This document shows positions 8,681 through 21,237 of a DNA stretch of 34,514 bases, piece by piece. Below the pieces are notes generated by a model that saw only the letters and a list, made by a program, of their open reading frames with translations, ran no database searches and was not told the origin of the DNA. The DNA lies in NCBI GenBank assembly GCA_002753335.1, contig PEAD01000030.1, positions 1 to 34,514 of the forward strand, read 5' to 3'. Source of the stretch: Nitrospirae bacterium MYbin3. Lineage in GTDB: Bacteria; Nitrospirota; Thermodesulfovibrionia; Thermodesulfovibrionales; Dissulfurispiraceae. Position numbers and translations under genes: made by a program. The stretch's first letter is position 1. Every line of letters begins with the position of its first letter.

Positions 8681-10036
8681 TCACTGTATACCATACACTT
8701 TTATTTTACTCAACAATGTTTTGTAGCTGACTTTTAACAGCACTGCCGCTTTGCTCTTGTTGCCGTCGGTTGTGCGCAGAGCATCCTCTATGCGAGCCTT
8801 TTCTGCTATGCGGACCGCCTGACCTGAGGCTGCGAAAAGGGAATCGTCATTAGTTGAACTGCTGTTTTTCTTCTGTTCCGCAAAACCAAGATGTTCAGGC
8901 AGTATTAGTCCTCCATCGCACAATATAACAGCTCTTTCCATGGCGTTTTTAAGCTCTCTTACATTGCCCTTCCATTCATGATTTATAATAAAATCCGGTA
9001 TTTCTTTTGACATATCTGGACAAGCCTTCTTCATTTCATTGCTGAAGAAGTTTAAAAAATATTTTGCCAATGGAATTATGTCGTCTCTTCTTTCTCTTAA
9101 TGGCGGGATATTTATCTGAAACACATTAAGCCTGTAAAACAGATCCTCCCTGAACCTTCCCTGTGCAACTTCATGCTCCAGATTTTTGTTGCTGGCCGCA
9201 ATTACTCTAATATCAACCTTAATGCTTTTGGTGCCCCCCACTCTTTCGAATTCGCCTTCCTGCAATACTCTCAGAAGTTTTGCCTGAAGGTTTAAATCCA
9301 TATCTCCGATTTCATCCAAAAATATTGTACCGTTATGGGCAATCTCGAAGCGCCCTGCCCTGCCTTCAGTTGCGCCGGTAAAAGCGCCTTTTTCATGTCC
9401 GAATAGTTCGTTTTCGATTAAATCTTTTGGTATGGCTGCACAGTTCACAGGAACAAAAGGCTTGTTAGCGCGAGGGCTCGAAAAATGCACCGTCCTTGCC
9501 ACAAGCTCTTTTCCTGTTCCGCTTTCGCCCAGAATCAGCGCCGTTGTTTTTTGCTGTGCCACTCTTTTAGCTTTCTCCAAAACCTCAGACCAAGCTTTGC
9601 TATTTCCTGCCATGTCCGGAATTCTTAAAAAATTCGAGAACTCCTTTTTCAGCGCAATATTTTCCTGCTTTGCAGAGTGTTCGGCAAGTGCCCTTTTAAT
9701 TATCAAAATAAGATGATCGGTGTCAAAAGGTTTTGTTATAAAATCATAAGCCCCCTCTTTAACCGCCCTGACTGCGGTCTCTATGCTGCCGAATGCTGTC
9801 ATAACAACAACAGGAACTGAGGGCACACGTTCTTTTGCGCTCTTCAAAACATCAAACCCGACACCATCAGGAAGCTTTAAGTCTGTGACCACAGCATCTA
9901 TGTTATCTGTGTCAAGCAAGACAATTCCGTCTTTGACACAATAGGCACATTTCACTTCGTATCCTTCCGAGTTAAACGCCATCGAGAGCATATCTGCCAT
10001 GCTTTTTTTGTCTTCAACAATAAGTATTTTATTCAT
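8681..10036 (-). CDS. Sigma54-dependent response regulator (NtrC/AtoC family: receiver, AAA+, Fis HTH)
   Basis: Receiver ILIVED...TDLKLP...KPF; GESGTGKE; GAFTGA; FLDEIGD; C-terminal HTH. Start at 10036 is favoured by an upstream AAGGA and overlaps the glnD stop. Confidence 0.92.
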   Translation of the reverse strand: MNKILIVEDKKSMADMLSMAFNSEGYEVKCAYCVKDGIVLLDTDNIDAVVTDLKLPDGVGFDVLKSAKERVPSVPVVVMTAFGSIETAVRAVKEGAYDFITKPFDTDHLILIIKRALAEHSAKQENIALKKEFSNFLRIPDMAGNSKAWSEVLEKAKRVAQQKTTALILGESGTGKELVARTVHFSSPRANKPFVPVNCAAIPKDLIENELFGHEKGAFTGATEGRAGRFEIAHNGTIFLDEIGDMDLNLQAKLLRVLQEGEFERVGGTKSIKVDIRVIAASNKNLEHEVAQGRFREDLFYRLNVFQINIPPLRERRDDIIPLAKYFLNFFSNEMKKACPDMSKEIPDFIINHEWKGNVRELKNAMERAVILCDGGLILPEHLGFAEQKKNSSSTNDDSLFAASGQAVRIAEKARIEDALRTTDGNKSKAAVLLKVSYKTLLSKIKVYGIQ

Positions 10037-12524
10037 AAAGGACATCCTTGATTTTATATAACACAGTCAATACTTTTTCTGCATCCAGCTTACGCATATG
10101 ACTCTGAAGGTAAAAGACATCTCTTGCTATATCGCCGTCAGTATTTATAATAGATGACATTATATTAACATCGCAATCGTATAAAACCTTTGAAATATCA
10201 TGCAGCAACCCTATTCTGTCCGGCACAAAAAATTCGAGTATTGTAGTTTCATCCGATGCCTCATTGTCTATCTCTATAAATTTTTTATATCTATAGTCAA
10301 CAGCTCGGTATGCTGGTTTGTTAATATTCAATTGTATTGTTTCACCCTTATTATGTACAAAACGGATAATGTTATTTTTGACCTGTTCTTCCATTCCGCT
10401 CCACCAAAGCTGTTTCCAGTTTGACACCGTAATTTTATCTACCACAATCCCTTCTTTACCGGTAAAGATTTTCGCGCTTATTATATTGAGCCCCTGGTAG
10501 GTCAGCGCCGCAATGATGCTCAAAAGAAGCCCTTGCCGGTCCTTTGATGCAACTGTTATACATGTGGCCCCATCGCTGCGCTCCTCAATGGATACCGATG
10601 TGCTGAATTCTTTTAGTTTTGCAACCAATAAGTAGTCTTTGGATATGCTGGCATCATCATAAGAATTCAGGTATTTTAAAGGCATCAATGCAATGAACTT
10701 TTCGAGCCCTTCATTTGAGGCTATAATAGACCTGCGTTTCTCGCCGGTTAAAAATCGTTTTGTTTTGGTGTAAAGCTCATTGAGCAGGGATGCTTTCCAT
10801 TTGTTGAAAAATTGAGGATTGACAGCGGACATGTCAGCATAGGTCATTAAATACAAAGAATCAAGGTTGTCGATATTTTCTACAGCCTCAGACAACTGTG
10901 ACACTGTTTCCGGTTCATCCACATCACGGCTGAAAGCAAGTCTAGCCATCAATATATGATGTTTTACGAGAAACTCAACTTTTTTTCTCTCATGCACAGC
11001 AAGGGGCATTCTTTCGAGTATCTGCTTAAGCATGACGTATCCGGCCTCTTCATGCCGATCATGATGCTTTGCTCCGCCTTTTCCAATATCGTGAAGCAGA
11101 ATCGCAAGGTAAAGCAGTTTCTGATCCTGCAGCGGAAAGAAACCTTTAAAAAAAACTGCTCCTTCACTAAAAGGAAAACTTAACCCCTCAAGGTTTTTAA
11201 TGGCCAGCAACGTATGTTCATCAACAGTGTGTGTATGATACGGCTCGTAAATTACAAGGTTTCTTAAACGACCGAATTCAGGTATGTACCTGTCGAGCAG
11301 ATAAGTATTGTGCATTTCCCGAAGAGTTTGATAAACACGCTTGCTTGTCAGAATGTCAAAAAAAAAGGAGTGAGTGGTTCTGGTAAACCGCATGTTTTTT
11401 GAAAAAAACAAAGCTCTGGAAGTCAGCCCCTCCTTCAACTGCCTGCTGAATTTTTTGCCGGTTGCTGAATATATCTTGAAAGCTTCAAAAACATTCTCTG
11501 GGTTTCTCAGGCTGGCCATGTCATTTGCGATAAGCTCATTTTTGGAAAGCGAAAAATTATTATTTATTTTTTTAACTATAAAATTAAGCCTATAACCAAA
11601 ATGCTTTCTGGCAGAAAGACCCATGACATCGTGCAGGGTTTCATTTACTCCCTTAAGTCTGCGATAAAGCATAGACATCATTATTTCCGGAGCTAATAAC
11701 CTTGCGGTATTTCTGATGCCCAGCATTTCGGCAGCCTCCCTGTGTGAATCGAAATCAACAATATCGTTTTTTGATCCTGATATAACATGAAGGCATACGC
11801 GAAGCCGTAAGAGGAATTCATATGCTTTGGTTAAATTAATAGAGGCCCGCTTGCCTAATGCTTTATTCAATTCATCAAGGCTTTCTATCCGAAGCGCAGA
11901 TTTTGCAAGCCAGAATACCGAATGAATATCTCTAAGCCCCCCTATTCCATCTTTGATATTTGGTTCAAGCATATAAAATGAATCGTCATACGCTCCATGC
12001 CGTTTTTCAATATCACTTAAAATTTCGCCTATAAAGTTTTTTCTTTCCCTGAAAAGCAGTTTGGGAAGAACTTCATTTGAATACAAATCAAAAACTGAAA
12101 AACTGCCGGCCACAAACCTCGCATCCAGCATAGAAGTCCTGATGGTAAAATCTTTTGATGCATCAGAAACAGCCTGGTCAATAATTCTGTAACTATGGCT
12201 GATATTTATTCCTCTGTCCCACAGACTGTACAATATTTTCTGGACATTTTGAGAGGTTTCGTAATCTTCTTTTTTTGATAAGAACATAAGGTCTATATCA
12301 GAAAAAGGCGCTATTTCTCTTCGCCCATAGCCACCCACAGCAAGCAGAACAAGATCTTTTTTATTTGAAGCAGGACCGGCAATTTCATAAAAAACAGAAC
12401 GCATATAGGAATCCACATCCAAGGTTAGCGAAGATGTGATAGAAGGTCCTTTAGCCTTTGTGGTTATAAGATTTATTGCTTTATCCAGCAGCTTGGGTGG
12501 AAAATTGGAACAGTCAGTATGCAT
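10029..12524 (-). CDS. glnD: PII uridylyltransferase/uridylyl-removing enzyme GlnD
   Basis: AVGGYGRREIAPFSDIDL nucleotidyltransferase motif, LEPNIKDG.GGLRD, HD domain (HTVDEH...LLHDIGKG), two ACT domains (DRQGLL, DRIGLLHD). Confidence 0.93.
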   Translation of the reverse strand: MHTDCSNFPPKLLDKAINLITTKAKGPSITSSLTLDVDSYMRSVFYEIAGPASNKKDLVLLAVGGYGRREIAPFSDIDLMFLSKKEDYETSQNVQKILYSLWDRGINISHSYRIIDQAVSDASKDFTIRTSMLDARFVAGSFSVFDLYSNEVLPKLLFRERKNFIGEILSDIEKRHGAYDDSFYMLEPNIKDGIGGLRDIHSVFWLAKSALRIESLDELNKALGKRASINLTKAYEFLLRLRVCLHVISGSKNDIVDFDSHREAAEMLGIRNTARLLAPEIMMSMLYRRLKGVNETLHDVMGLSARKHFGYRLNFIVKKINNNFSLSKNELIANDMASLRNPENVFEAFKIYSATGKKFSRQLKEGLTSRALFFSKNMRFTRTTHSFFFDILTSKRVYQTLREMHNTYLLDRYIPEFGRLRNLVIYEPYHTHTVDEHTLLAIKNLEGLSFPFSEGAVFFKGFFPLQDQKLLYLAILLHDIGKGGAKHHDRHEEAGYVMLKQILERMPLAVHERKKVEFLVKHHILMARLAFSRDVDEPETVSQLSEAVENIDNLDSLYLMTYADMSAVNPQFFNKWKASLLNELYTKTKRFLTGEKRRSIIASNEGLEKFIALMPLKYLNSYDDASISKDYLLVAKLKEFSTSVSIEERSDGATCITVASKDRQGLLLSIIAALTYQGLNIISAKIFTGKEGIVVDKITVSNWKQLWWSGMEEQVKNNIIRFVHNKGETIQLNINKPAYRAVDYRYKKFIEIDNEASDETTILEFFVPDRIGLLHDISKVLYDCDVNIMSSIINTDGDIARDVFYLQSHMRKLDAEKVLTVLYKIKDVLYE

Positions 12525-12539
12525 TTTTTTAGTATATCA
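12525..12539 (-). promoter_or_regulatory. Extended -10 promoter (TGATATACT) 6 nt before glnD ATG
   Basis: Minus strand reads TGATATACT-AAAAAA-ATG with no SD. Confidence 0.6.
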
Positions 12540-12584
12540 CAGCCGTATTATAGCCAAATTTATCCTTAAGTATCTGACCGGCCA

Positions 12585-12599
12585 ATAAGTATTACTTAT
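12585..12599. promoter_or_regulatory. Palindromic operator candidate ATAAGTA-T-TACTTAT (LysR-type T-N11-A)
   Basis: Perfect 7-bp inverted repeat in the divergent glnD/fhs intergenic region. Confidence 0.4.
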
Positions 12600-12616
12600 A
12601 GCCTTATAAAAATGCA

Positions 12617-12646
12617 TTGTATTTCGGAAGGCATTTATGATATTAT
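12617..12646 (+). promoter_or_regulatory. Putative sigma70 promoter of fhs
   Basis: TTGTAT-N18-TATTAT with TG extension; SD AAGGAGG at 12682-12688 before ATG 12694. Confidence 0.45.
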
Positions 12647-12693
12647 CTCAAGCACATTTCCACAAAATAACCACATTATATAAGGAGGGTATT

Positions 12694-14457
12694 ATGCCGC
12701 TTGATCCAACGAAGTACGCAGACTGGCAGATTGCCGAGGCTGCGGAGAAGAACATGAAAACCGTTTACGAACTGGGTGAGAAACTCGGACTCGAAAAACA
12801 GGAACTGCTTCCGCATGGGCACTACGTAGCAAAAATCGATTTCAAGAGTGTTCTTGAGCGTCTTAAAAACAAGCCAGACGGCAAGTATGTTGATGTTACT
12901 GCTATCACTCCTACCCCGCTCGGTGAAGGCAAATCCACAACCACAATAGGCCTTACTCAGGGCCTCGGCAAGAGAGGTAAAAATGTAATTGCTGCAATAC
13001 GTCAGCCTTCCGGTGGACCCACAATGAACATTAAGGGATCAGCAGCAGGAGGCGGACTTTCACAGTGCATACCGCTTACTCCGTTTTCTCTCGGTTTAAC
13101 AGGCGACATAAACGCCATCATAAACTCACACAACCTTGCCATGGTAGCCCTTACATCCAGAATGCAGCATGAGGCCAACTATACCGATGAACAGCTTGCA
13201 AAGCGCAATTTGAGAAGGATTAATATAGACCCGCGCAATGTCGAGATGAAATGGATAATGGACTTCTGCGCACAGGCATTGAGAGAGATAATCATAGGCA
13301 TCGGCGGCAAAAGCGACGGCTTTATGATGAATTCGGGCTTCGCTATTGCGGTGTCATCCGAAATAATGGCCATACTTGCGGTGGCAAAAGACCTGAAGGA
13401 TATGAGAGAAAGAATGGGCAAGATAGTTGTTGCCTACGACAAGAGCGGCAAACCCGTAACAACATCAGACCTTGATGTTGCAGGAGCAATGACCGCATGG
13501 ATGGTTGAAGCACTCAATCCTAACCTTATGCAGACGATAGAAGGCCAGCCAGTGCTTGTGCATGCAGGTCCTTTCGCAAACATAGCAATCGGGCAGTCAT
13601 CAATAATTGCTGACAGAATCGGACTGAAGCTCGGTGATTACAATGTTACAGAATCCGGCTTTGCGGCTGATATAGGATTCGAGAAGTTCTGGAACCTTAA
13701 ATGCAGATTCTCCGGACTTAAGCCAAATGCTGCTGTTCTTGTTGCAACCATAAGGGCGCTAAAGTGCCACGGTGGCGCGCCGATTCCTGTTCCAGGCAAG
13801 CCGCTGCCTGAAGAATACAAGGGAGAAAATGTCGGCTGGGTTGAAAAGGGCTGTGATAACCTAATCCATCTTGTGAATGTTGTAAAAAAGGCGGGCATCA
13901 ACCCGGTTGTTTGCATCAATGCCTTTTATACAGACTCAGACAACGAAATCAAGGCGGTCAGAAGACTCGCAGAAGCCGCAGGAGCAAGAGTTGCGCTGTC
14001 CAAGCACTGGCAGTACGGCGGAGAAGGAGCACTCGAACTGGCTGATGCTGTTGTTGATGCATGCAATGAGCCTAATGATTTCAAATTCCTTTACGAACTT
14101 GAAACCCCGCTTAGGAAAAGAATTGAACTTATTGCCACAGAAGTCTACGGGGCGGATGGAGTTGACTATTCCACAGAAGCGCTCAACAAGGCCAAGAAAA
14201 TGGAGGCCGACCCGGAGATTGCAAAACTGGGGACATGTATGGTTAAAACCCATCTCAGTCTTTCTGACAACCCAAATCTTAAAGGAGTGCCTAAAGGTTG
14301 GAGGCTCCAGATTAGAGACATCCTTACCTATAAAGGTGCGGGCTTTGTGGTTCCTGTTGCAGGCGCAATTAAACTTATGCCCGGCACTGCGTCGGACCCG
14401 GCTTACAGAAGGGTTGACGTTGACGTCGAGACAGGCAAGGTCAAAGGCTTGTTCTAA
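12694..14457 (+). CDS. fhs: Formate--tetrahydrofolate ligase
   Basis: [54 protein letters not shown]. Strong SD before ATG 12694. Confidence 0.97.
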   Translation: MPLDPTKYADWQIAEAAEKNMKTVYELGEKLGLEKQELLPHGHYVAKIDFKSVLERLKNKPDGKYVDVTAITPTPLGEGKSTTTIGLTQGLGKRGKNVIAAIRQPSGGPTMNIKGSAAGGGLSQCIPLTPFSLGLTGDINAIINSHNLAMVALTSRMQHEANYTDEQLAKRNLRRINIDPRNVEMKWIMDFCAQALREIIIGIGGKSDGFMMNSGFAIAVSSEIMAILAVAKDLKDMRERMGKIVVAYDKSGKPVTTSDLDVAGAMTAWMVEALNPNLMQTIEGQPVLVHAGPFANIAIGQSSIIADRIGLKLGDYNVTESGFAADIGFEKFWNLKCRFSGLKPNAAVLVATIRALKCHGGAPIPVPGKPLPEEYKGENVGWVEKGCDNLIHLVNVVKKAGINPVVCINAFYTDSDNEIKAVRRLAEAAGARVALSKHWQYGGEGALELADAVVDACNEPNDFKFLYELETPLRKRIELIATEVYGADGVDYSTEALNKAKKMEADPEIAKLGTCMVKTHLSLSDNPNLKGVPKGWRLQIRDILTYKGAGFVVPVAGAIKLMPGTASDPAYRRVDVDVETGKVKGLF

Positions 14458-14478
14458 ATTCTATAAACAATACACAGC

Positions 14479-14509
14479 AAAAGGGGCAGAGTTTTCTGCC
14501 CCTTTTTTT
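14479..14509 (+). terminator. Rho-independent terminator after fhs
   Basis: AAAA-GGGGCAGA-GTTT-TCTGCCCC-TTTTTTT. Confidence 0.9.
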
Positions 14510-14555
14510 ATTGGTTGTTTATCTGAAGTCAGTATATGATATTATTTCATTGCCT

Positions 14556-15527
14556 ATGGACTTTTTAAACATATATTTTCCTGTCTCGGGAGTTGAAACC
14601 AACCTTCTGTTTCCGCCGCTTGTTGCACTCGTTATTTCGTTTTTCACATCAATGGGAGGTGTTTCAGGTGCTTTTCTGCTTCTTCCATTCCAGATGAGTG
14701 TTATGAATTACACAGCGCCATCTGTGAGCGGCACTAATCATGTTTTTAATATAACGGCTATTCCGAGCGGAGTTTATAGTTTTATCAAAGAGGGGCGCAT
14801 GGCATGGCCTCTCACGTGGGTGGTGATTAGCGGCACTCTCCCGGGCGTGTTTCTCGGCTACTACATACGTGTGCTTTACCTTCCGGACCCAAAGGTTTTT
14901 AAATTTTTTGTTGGCTGCGTGCTTCTGTATATAGGGGTTCGTCTTGTCAAAGATATCTTCTGGAATACCGCTGAAAAAAATCATGCCCTTAAATCAGTTG
15001 AAGAAAAATTCAAAGCAAGGGCTGCTGAAATAAAAAAAGGGAGTGACAATAAACTTGCGGCAGGCATTCCTGTAGATGCGGTTATAAAAACTATTTCAAT
15101 AGGCATCAGAAAAATAGAATACGAGTTCTGGGGAGAGAGATTCTCATTTAATACACTAGGGATGTTCTTACTTGCTGTTGTTGTAGGCATAATCGGCGGG
15201 GTCTATGGCATAGGCGGCGGAGCAATCATTGCACCTTTTTGCGTGGCGGTATTTCAGCTGCCTGTATATACCATTGCAGGTGCAGCGCTCATGGGGACAT
15301 TCATAACTTCATTTGCCGGAGCTATCTTTTTTAGCATCTTACCTTCCTCAGGCGGTGTTGCAGCAATGCCTGACTGGCCCTTGGGAATACTCTTTGGAGC
15401 AGGAGGTTTTGTGGGCATATACCTTGGAGCGAGGGCGCAGAAGTTTGTTCCTCAAATGTTTATTAAGATACTATTAAGCATAATTATAATTTCGGTTGCG
15501 GTGAAATACATCATACTGTTTTTTTAA
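14556..15527 (+). CDS. TauE/SafE (TSUP) family sulfite exporter-like membrane protein
   Basis: Two repeats of the Gly-rich TM motif (SMGGVSGAFLLLP; GGVYGIGGGAIIAP), multiple TM helices and a hydrophilic central loop. Confidence 0.85.
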   Translation: MDFLNIYFPVSGVETNLLFPPLVALVISFFTSMGGVSGAFLLLPFQMSVMNYTAPSVSGTNHVFNITAIPSGVYSFIKEGRMAWPLTWVVISGTLPGVFLGYYIRVLYLPDPKVFKFFVGCVLLYIGVRLVKDIFWNTAEKNHALKSVEEKFKARAAEIKKGSDNKLAAGIPVDAVIKTISIGIRKIEYEFWGERFSFNTLGMFLLAVVVGIIGGVYGIGGGAIIAPFCVAVFQLPVYTIAGAALMGTFITSFAGAIFFSILPSSGGVAAMPDWPLGILFGAGGFVGIYLGARAQKFVPQMFIKILLSIIIISVAVKYIILFF

Positions 15528-15615
15528 TCTACTCAACGCTAAAATTTCTTGACAAAGATGGAAAAAGAGTGAAAACTATGATATACAAAATCTTTAACAA
15601 CGAACAGGAGGGGTT

Positions 15616-16001
15616 GTGATGAATCCGGAGGATCTCAAGTACCATAAAGAACACACTTGGGTCAAAGTTTCTGGCAAAAAAGCTACCATAGGAATAACCG
15701 ACTACGCTCAGGAATCTCTAGGAGATATTGTTTATATCGACCTTCCTGAAATAGAAGCTACTGTTGAAGCCGGTACGGAAATGTCAGAAATCGAATCCAC
15801 AAAAGCCACCTCGTCGGTTATTGCGCCTGTAAGCGGAACAATAATCGAGACAAACGAAAAGCTTGCCGATGCTCCGGAGGTTATAAACGAAGAACCTACA
15901 GGCAAGGGCTGGATTGCGGTTATAGAAATGGATGATGCAGCAGAACTAGATGAACTAATGGATTTGGACGATTACGAAAGATATATTGAAGAAGAATCTA
16001 A

Positions 16002-16005
<4 letters not shown>
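15616..16005 (+). CDS. gcvH: Glycine cleavage system H (lipoyl carrier) protein
   Basis: LKYHKEHTWV, IGITDYAQESLGDIVY, lipoyl Lys in EIESTKA; SD CAGGAGG. Confidence 0.92.
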
Positions 16006-18688
<2,683 letters not shown>

Positions 18689-18701
18689 TCGGGCAGGTTT
18701 G

Positions 18702-19037
18702 ATGCCGGCAAAAACTAATCACAGGGATTTAAGAGGTCAGGTCGTCGCAGAAAAAAAGTTAAGAAACTTTTTCTTCTACTCTATAGCTGCGATAATTCTG
18801 CTTTATTCTGCGACGACCCTATTTTTTGGCGACATGGGCTTTATTAAATTTTTTCACCTCAACAATACGAAGAAGAAACTAGAGGCCGAGATTGTGCAGC
18901 TCGAGAAGCAGAACAAAGAACTTAAAACACAGGTAAGGTCTTTAAAAGAAGACCCCTTCTACATGGAAAAAAGAGCACGAGAGGATTACGGTCTTGCTCA
19001 GAAGGATGAGTATATTTTTAAATTTGACGAGAAATGA
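18702..19037 (+). CDS. Septum formation initiator (FtsB/DivIC family)
   Basis: Single TM, FGDMG, coiled coil, EKRAREDYGLAQKDE motif; conserved position after eno. Confidence 0.85.
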   Translation: MPAKTNHRDLRGQVVAEKKLRNFFFYSIAAIILLYSATTLFFGDMGFIKFFHLNNTKKKLEAEIVQLEKQNKELKTQVRSLKEDPFYMEKRAREDYGLAQKDEYIFKFDEK

Positions 19038-21211
19038 GCGATAGGCCTTTAAATATTGCATTTCTATGGCATATGCATCAGCCGTATTACAAAGATCCGT
19101 TTTCAGGAACTTTTCGGCTGCCATGGGTAAGGCTTCACGGCACAAAAGACTACCTCGATATGGTCAAAATACTCGAAGATTTTCCGACTATTCACCAGAC
19201 TTTCAACATTGTGCCATCGATGATAGAGCAGCTTATCGACTACACCGAGAACAATGCCACCGACAAATATCTCGATCTTACGCTTAAAGCACCTGCTGAC
19301 CTTACCGAACCAGAAATGATGTTTGTAATCGAGAATTTTTTTCTTGCTAATTGGGACAATATGATAAAACCTTACCCGCGCTATTACGAACTGCTGAGCA
19401 AGCGCGGCTTCAGATTCAGCAGAAATGATGCTCCCCGGATAGCCAAATATTTCACGCATGAGGATATTAGAGATCTTCAGGTTTTGTTTAATTTGGCATG
19501 GATAGACCCTATGTTCAAGAAAGAGGATGATTTTCTGAGCGACCTCGAACGAAAAGGCAAAGACTTTACCGAGAACGAAAAAAAACAGCTTATAGAAAAA
19601 CAGCTGGGGATATTGAGACAAATAATACCTCAGTACAAAAAAATGGGGGACTCAGGGCAGATAGAACTTTCTGTAACCCCCTACTATCACCCTATCCTAC
19701 CGCTGCTATGGGACACAGATTCAGCGCGCATCGGCATGCCTCATGTCAAACTGCCAAAAAAACGTTTTTCACATCCAGAAGATGCAAAAAAGCAGATCAC
19801 TATGGCTATAGAATATTTTGAAAAAATGTTTTTATACAGACCTAAAGGCATGTGGCCGTCCGAAGGTTCGGTCAGCGAGGATGTTGTAAGGGCGATAAAC
19901 AGCTCTGGTATAAAGTGGATAGCTACTGATGAAGAGGTCCTTGCACGCTCTATAGACAAGCCAATAAGGGATAATGACGGTTTCTTAATTGACGGGCCTT
20001 CCTTATATCGGCCGCACAAGTATTCGGATGTTTCTATTTTTTTCAGAGACCACAATGATTCTGATTTAATAGGGTTTGTCTACTCAGGATGGGATGCTAA
20101 AACAGCAGTTGATGATTTCATGTCCAAACTTCTTCAGGTAAAAAATTCTCTGCCTGACGACAGGCCCTATGTTGTACCGATAATACTGGATGGTGAAAAC
20201 GCATGGGAATATTACAAGAATGACGGGGATGATTTCTTAAGAACCCTTTATTCTTCCTTAAGCGCCGACCATCGTTTTAAAACCGTCACGATGAGCGAAT
20301 ACATGAATGAGCATGGCCCCGGCGAAAGCCTGCACAAGCTGCATGCAGGCTCCTGGATTAACGCCAACTTCGGAATATGGTTGGGGCATGAGGAGGACAA
20401 TACAGCGTGGGATTATCTTTCGCAGGCGCGTGATGACCTTGAAGCATTTATCAAGGAAAACCCAGAAAAAGATGTTTCTGAGGCTTGGAAATCATTGTAC
20501 GCTGCCGAAGGAAGCGACTGGAACTGGTGGTACGGTGACGAACACTCCACAGAAACACAAACCGATTTCGATGAGCTGTTTAGATTTAATTTAATGAAAA
20601 TCTACAAATCCATAGGCAAGGATGTCCCACCTGAACTCTTTGTGCCTATACTGCTTGAAGATAGAGGCATCGCTCCTTCTGTTGAGGTCAGGGGTTTTAT
20701 ATATCCAAAGATGGACGGAGTTGTGACAAGTTATTTTGAATGGTACCAGGCCGCTTATATTGATGCTAAAAAATCGGGTGGCAGCATGCACAAATCAGAG
20801 AGTTTTATAAAAGCGCTCTATTATGGCTTCAACAAAGACAATCTTTATATAAGGGTGGATCCAGCAACAGCATTTTCTACTATTAAGGACATAATCATTG
20901 TGGATATTAATTTAATAGTGAACACGCCGTTTAAGATTATATGCGACTTGAACGCTGCTCAATTGAAAGCACGGATTAGTGAAAAGAAATCCGGACAATG
21001 GATGTTCAAAAAAGAGATTGCTTCTTTGGCTGCAGATGAGATTTTTGAAATAGAAATCCCCTTTAATGACATTAATGCAAAAGAAAAAGATGAGATATCT
21101 ATTTCTGTAGAGATCTCAAGGAACGGTGATGAACTTGAAAGATGTCCATGGAGAGGCCACATAACTCTAAATGTTCCTTCCCCCCATTACGAAACGATAA
21201 TGTGGTATTAA
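19034..21211 (+). CDS. Glycoside hydrolase family 57 (amylopullulanase-like)
   Basis: WHMHQP, PWVRLH..KDY, TPYYHPILPLL, nucleophile WPSEGSVS, acid/base LDGENAWE, AEGSDWNWWYG. Confidence 0.9.
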   Translation: MSDRPLNIAFLWHMHQPYYKDPFSGTFRLPWVRLHGTKDYLDMVKILEDFPTIHQTFNIVPSMIEQLIDYTENNATDKYLDLTLKAPADLTEPEMMFVIENFFLANWDNMIKPYPRYYELLSKRGFRFSRNDAPRIAKYFTHEDIRDLQVLFNLAWIDPMFKKEDDFLSDLERKGKDFTENEKKQLIEKQLGILRQIIPQYKKMGDSGQIELSVTPYYHPILPLLWDTDSARIGMPHVKLPKKRFSHPEDAKKQITMAIEYFEKMFLYRPKGMWPSEGSVSEDVVRAINSSGIKWIATDEEVLARSIDKPIRDNDGFLIDGPSLYRPHKYSDVSIFFRDHNDSDLIGFVYSGWDAKTAVDDFMSKLLQVKNSLPDDRPYVVPIILDGENAWEYYKNDGDDFLRTLYSSLSADHRFKTVTMSEYMNEHGPGESLHKLHAGSWINANFGIWLGHEEDNTAWDYLSQARDDLEAFIKENPEKDVSEAWKSLYAAEGSDWNWWYGDEHSTETQTDFDELFRFNLMKIYKSIGKDVPPELFVPILLEDRGIAPSVEVRGFIYPKMDGVVTSYFEWYQAAYIDAKKSGGSMHKSESFIKALYYGFNKDNLYIRVDPATAFSTIKDIIIVDINLIVNTPFKIICDLNAAQLKARISEKKSGQWMFKKEIASLAADEIFEIEIPFNDINAKEKDEISISVEISRNGDELERCPWRGHITLNVPSPHYETIMWY

Positions 21212-21237
21212 AAGTCCTCCCGGGTGATCAAACATAT

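Noticed and set aside
11358..11408. Poly-A/T runs in glnD as phase-variation or frameshift sites
   Set aside because: The ORF is intact and full length, and such runs are common in this AT-rich sequence.
15549..15582. TTGACA upstream of gcvH as a sigma70 promoter
   Set aside because: No good -10 at 16-18 nt spacing (TATGAT is 22 nt away), so it is plausible but too weak to call.
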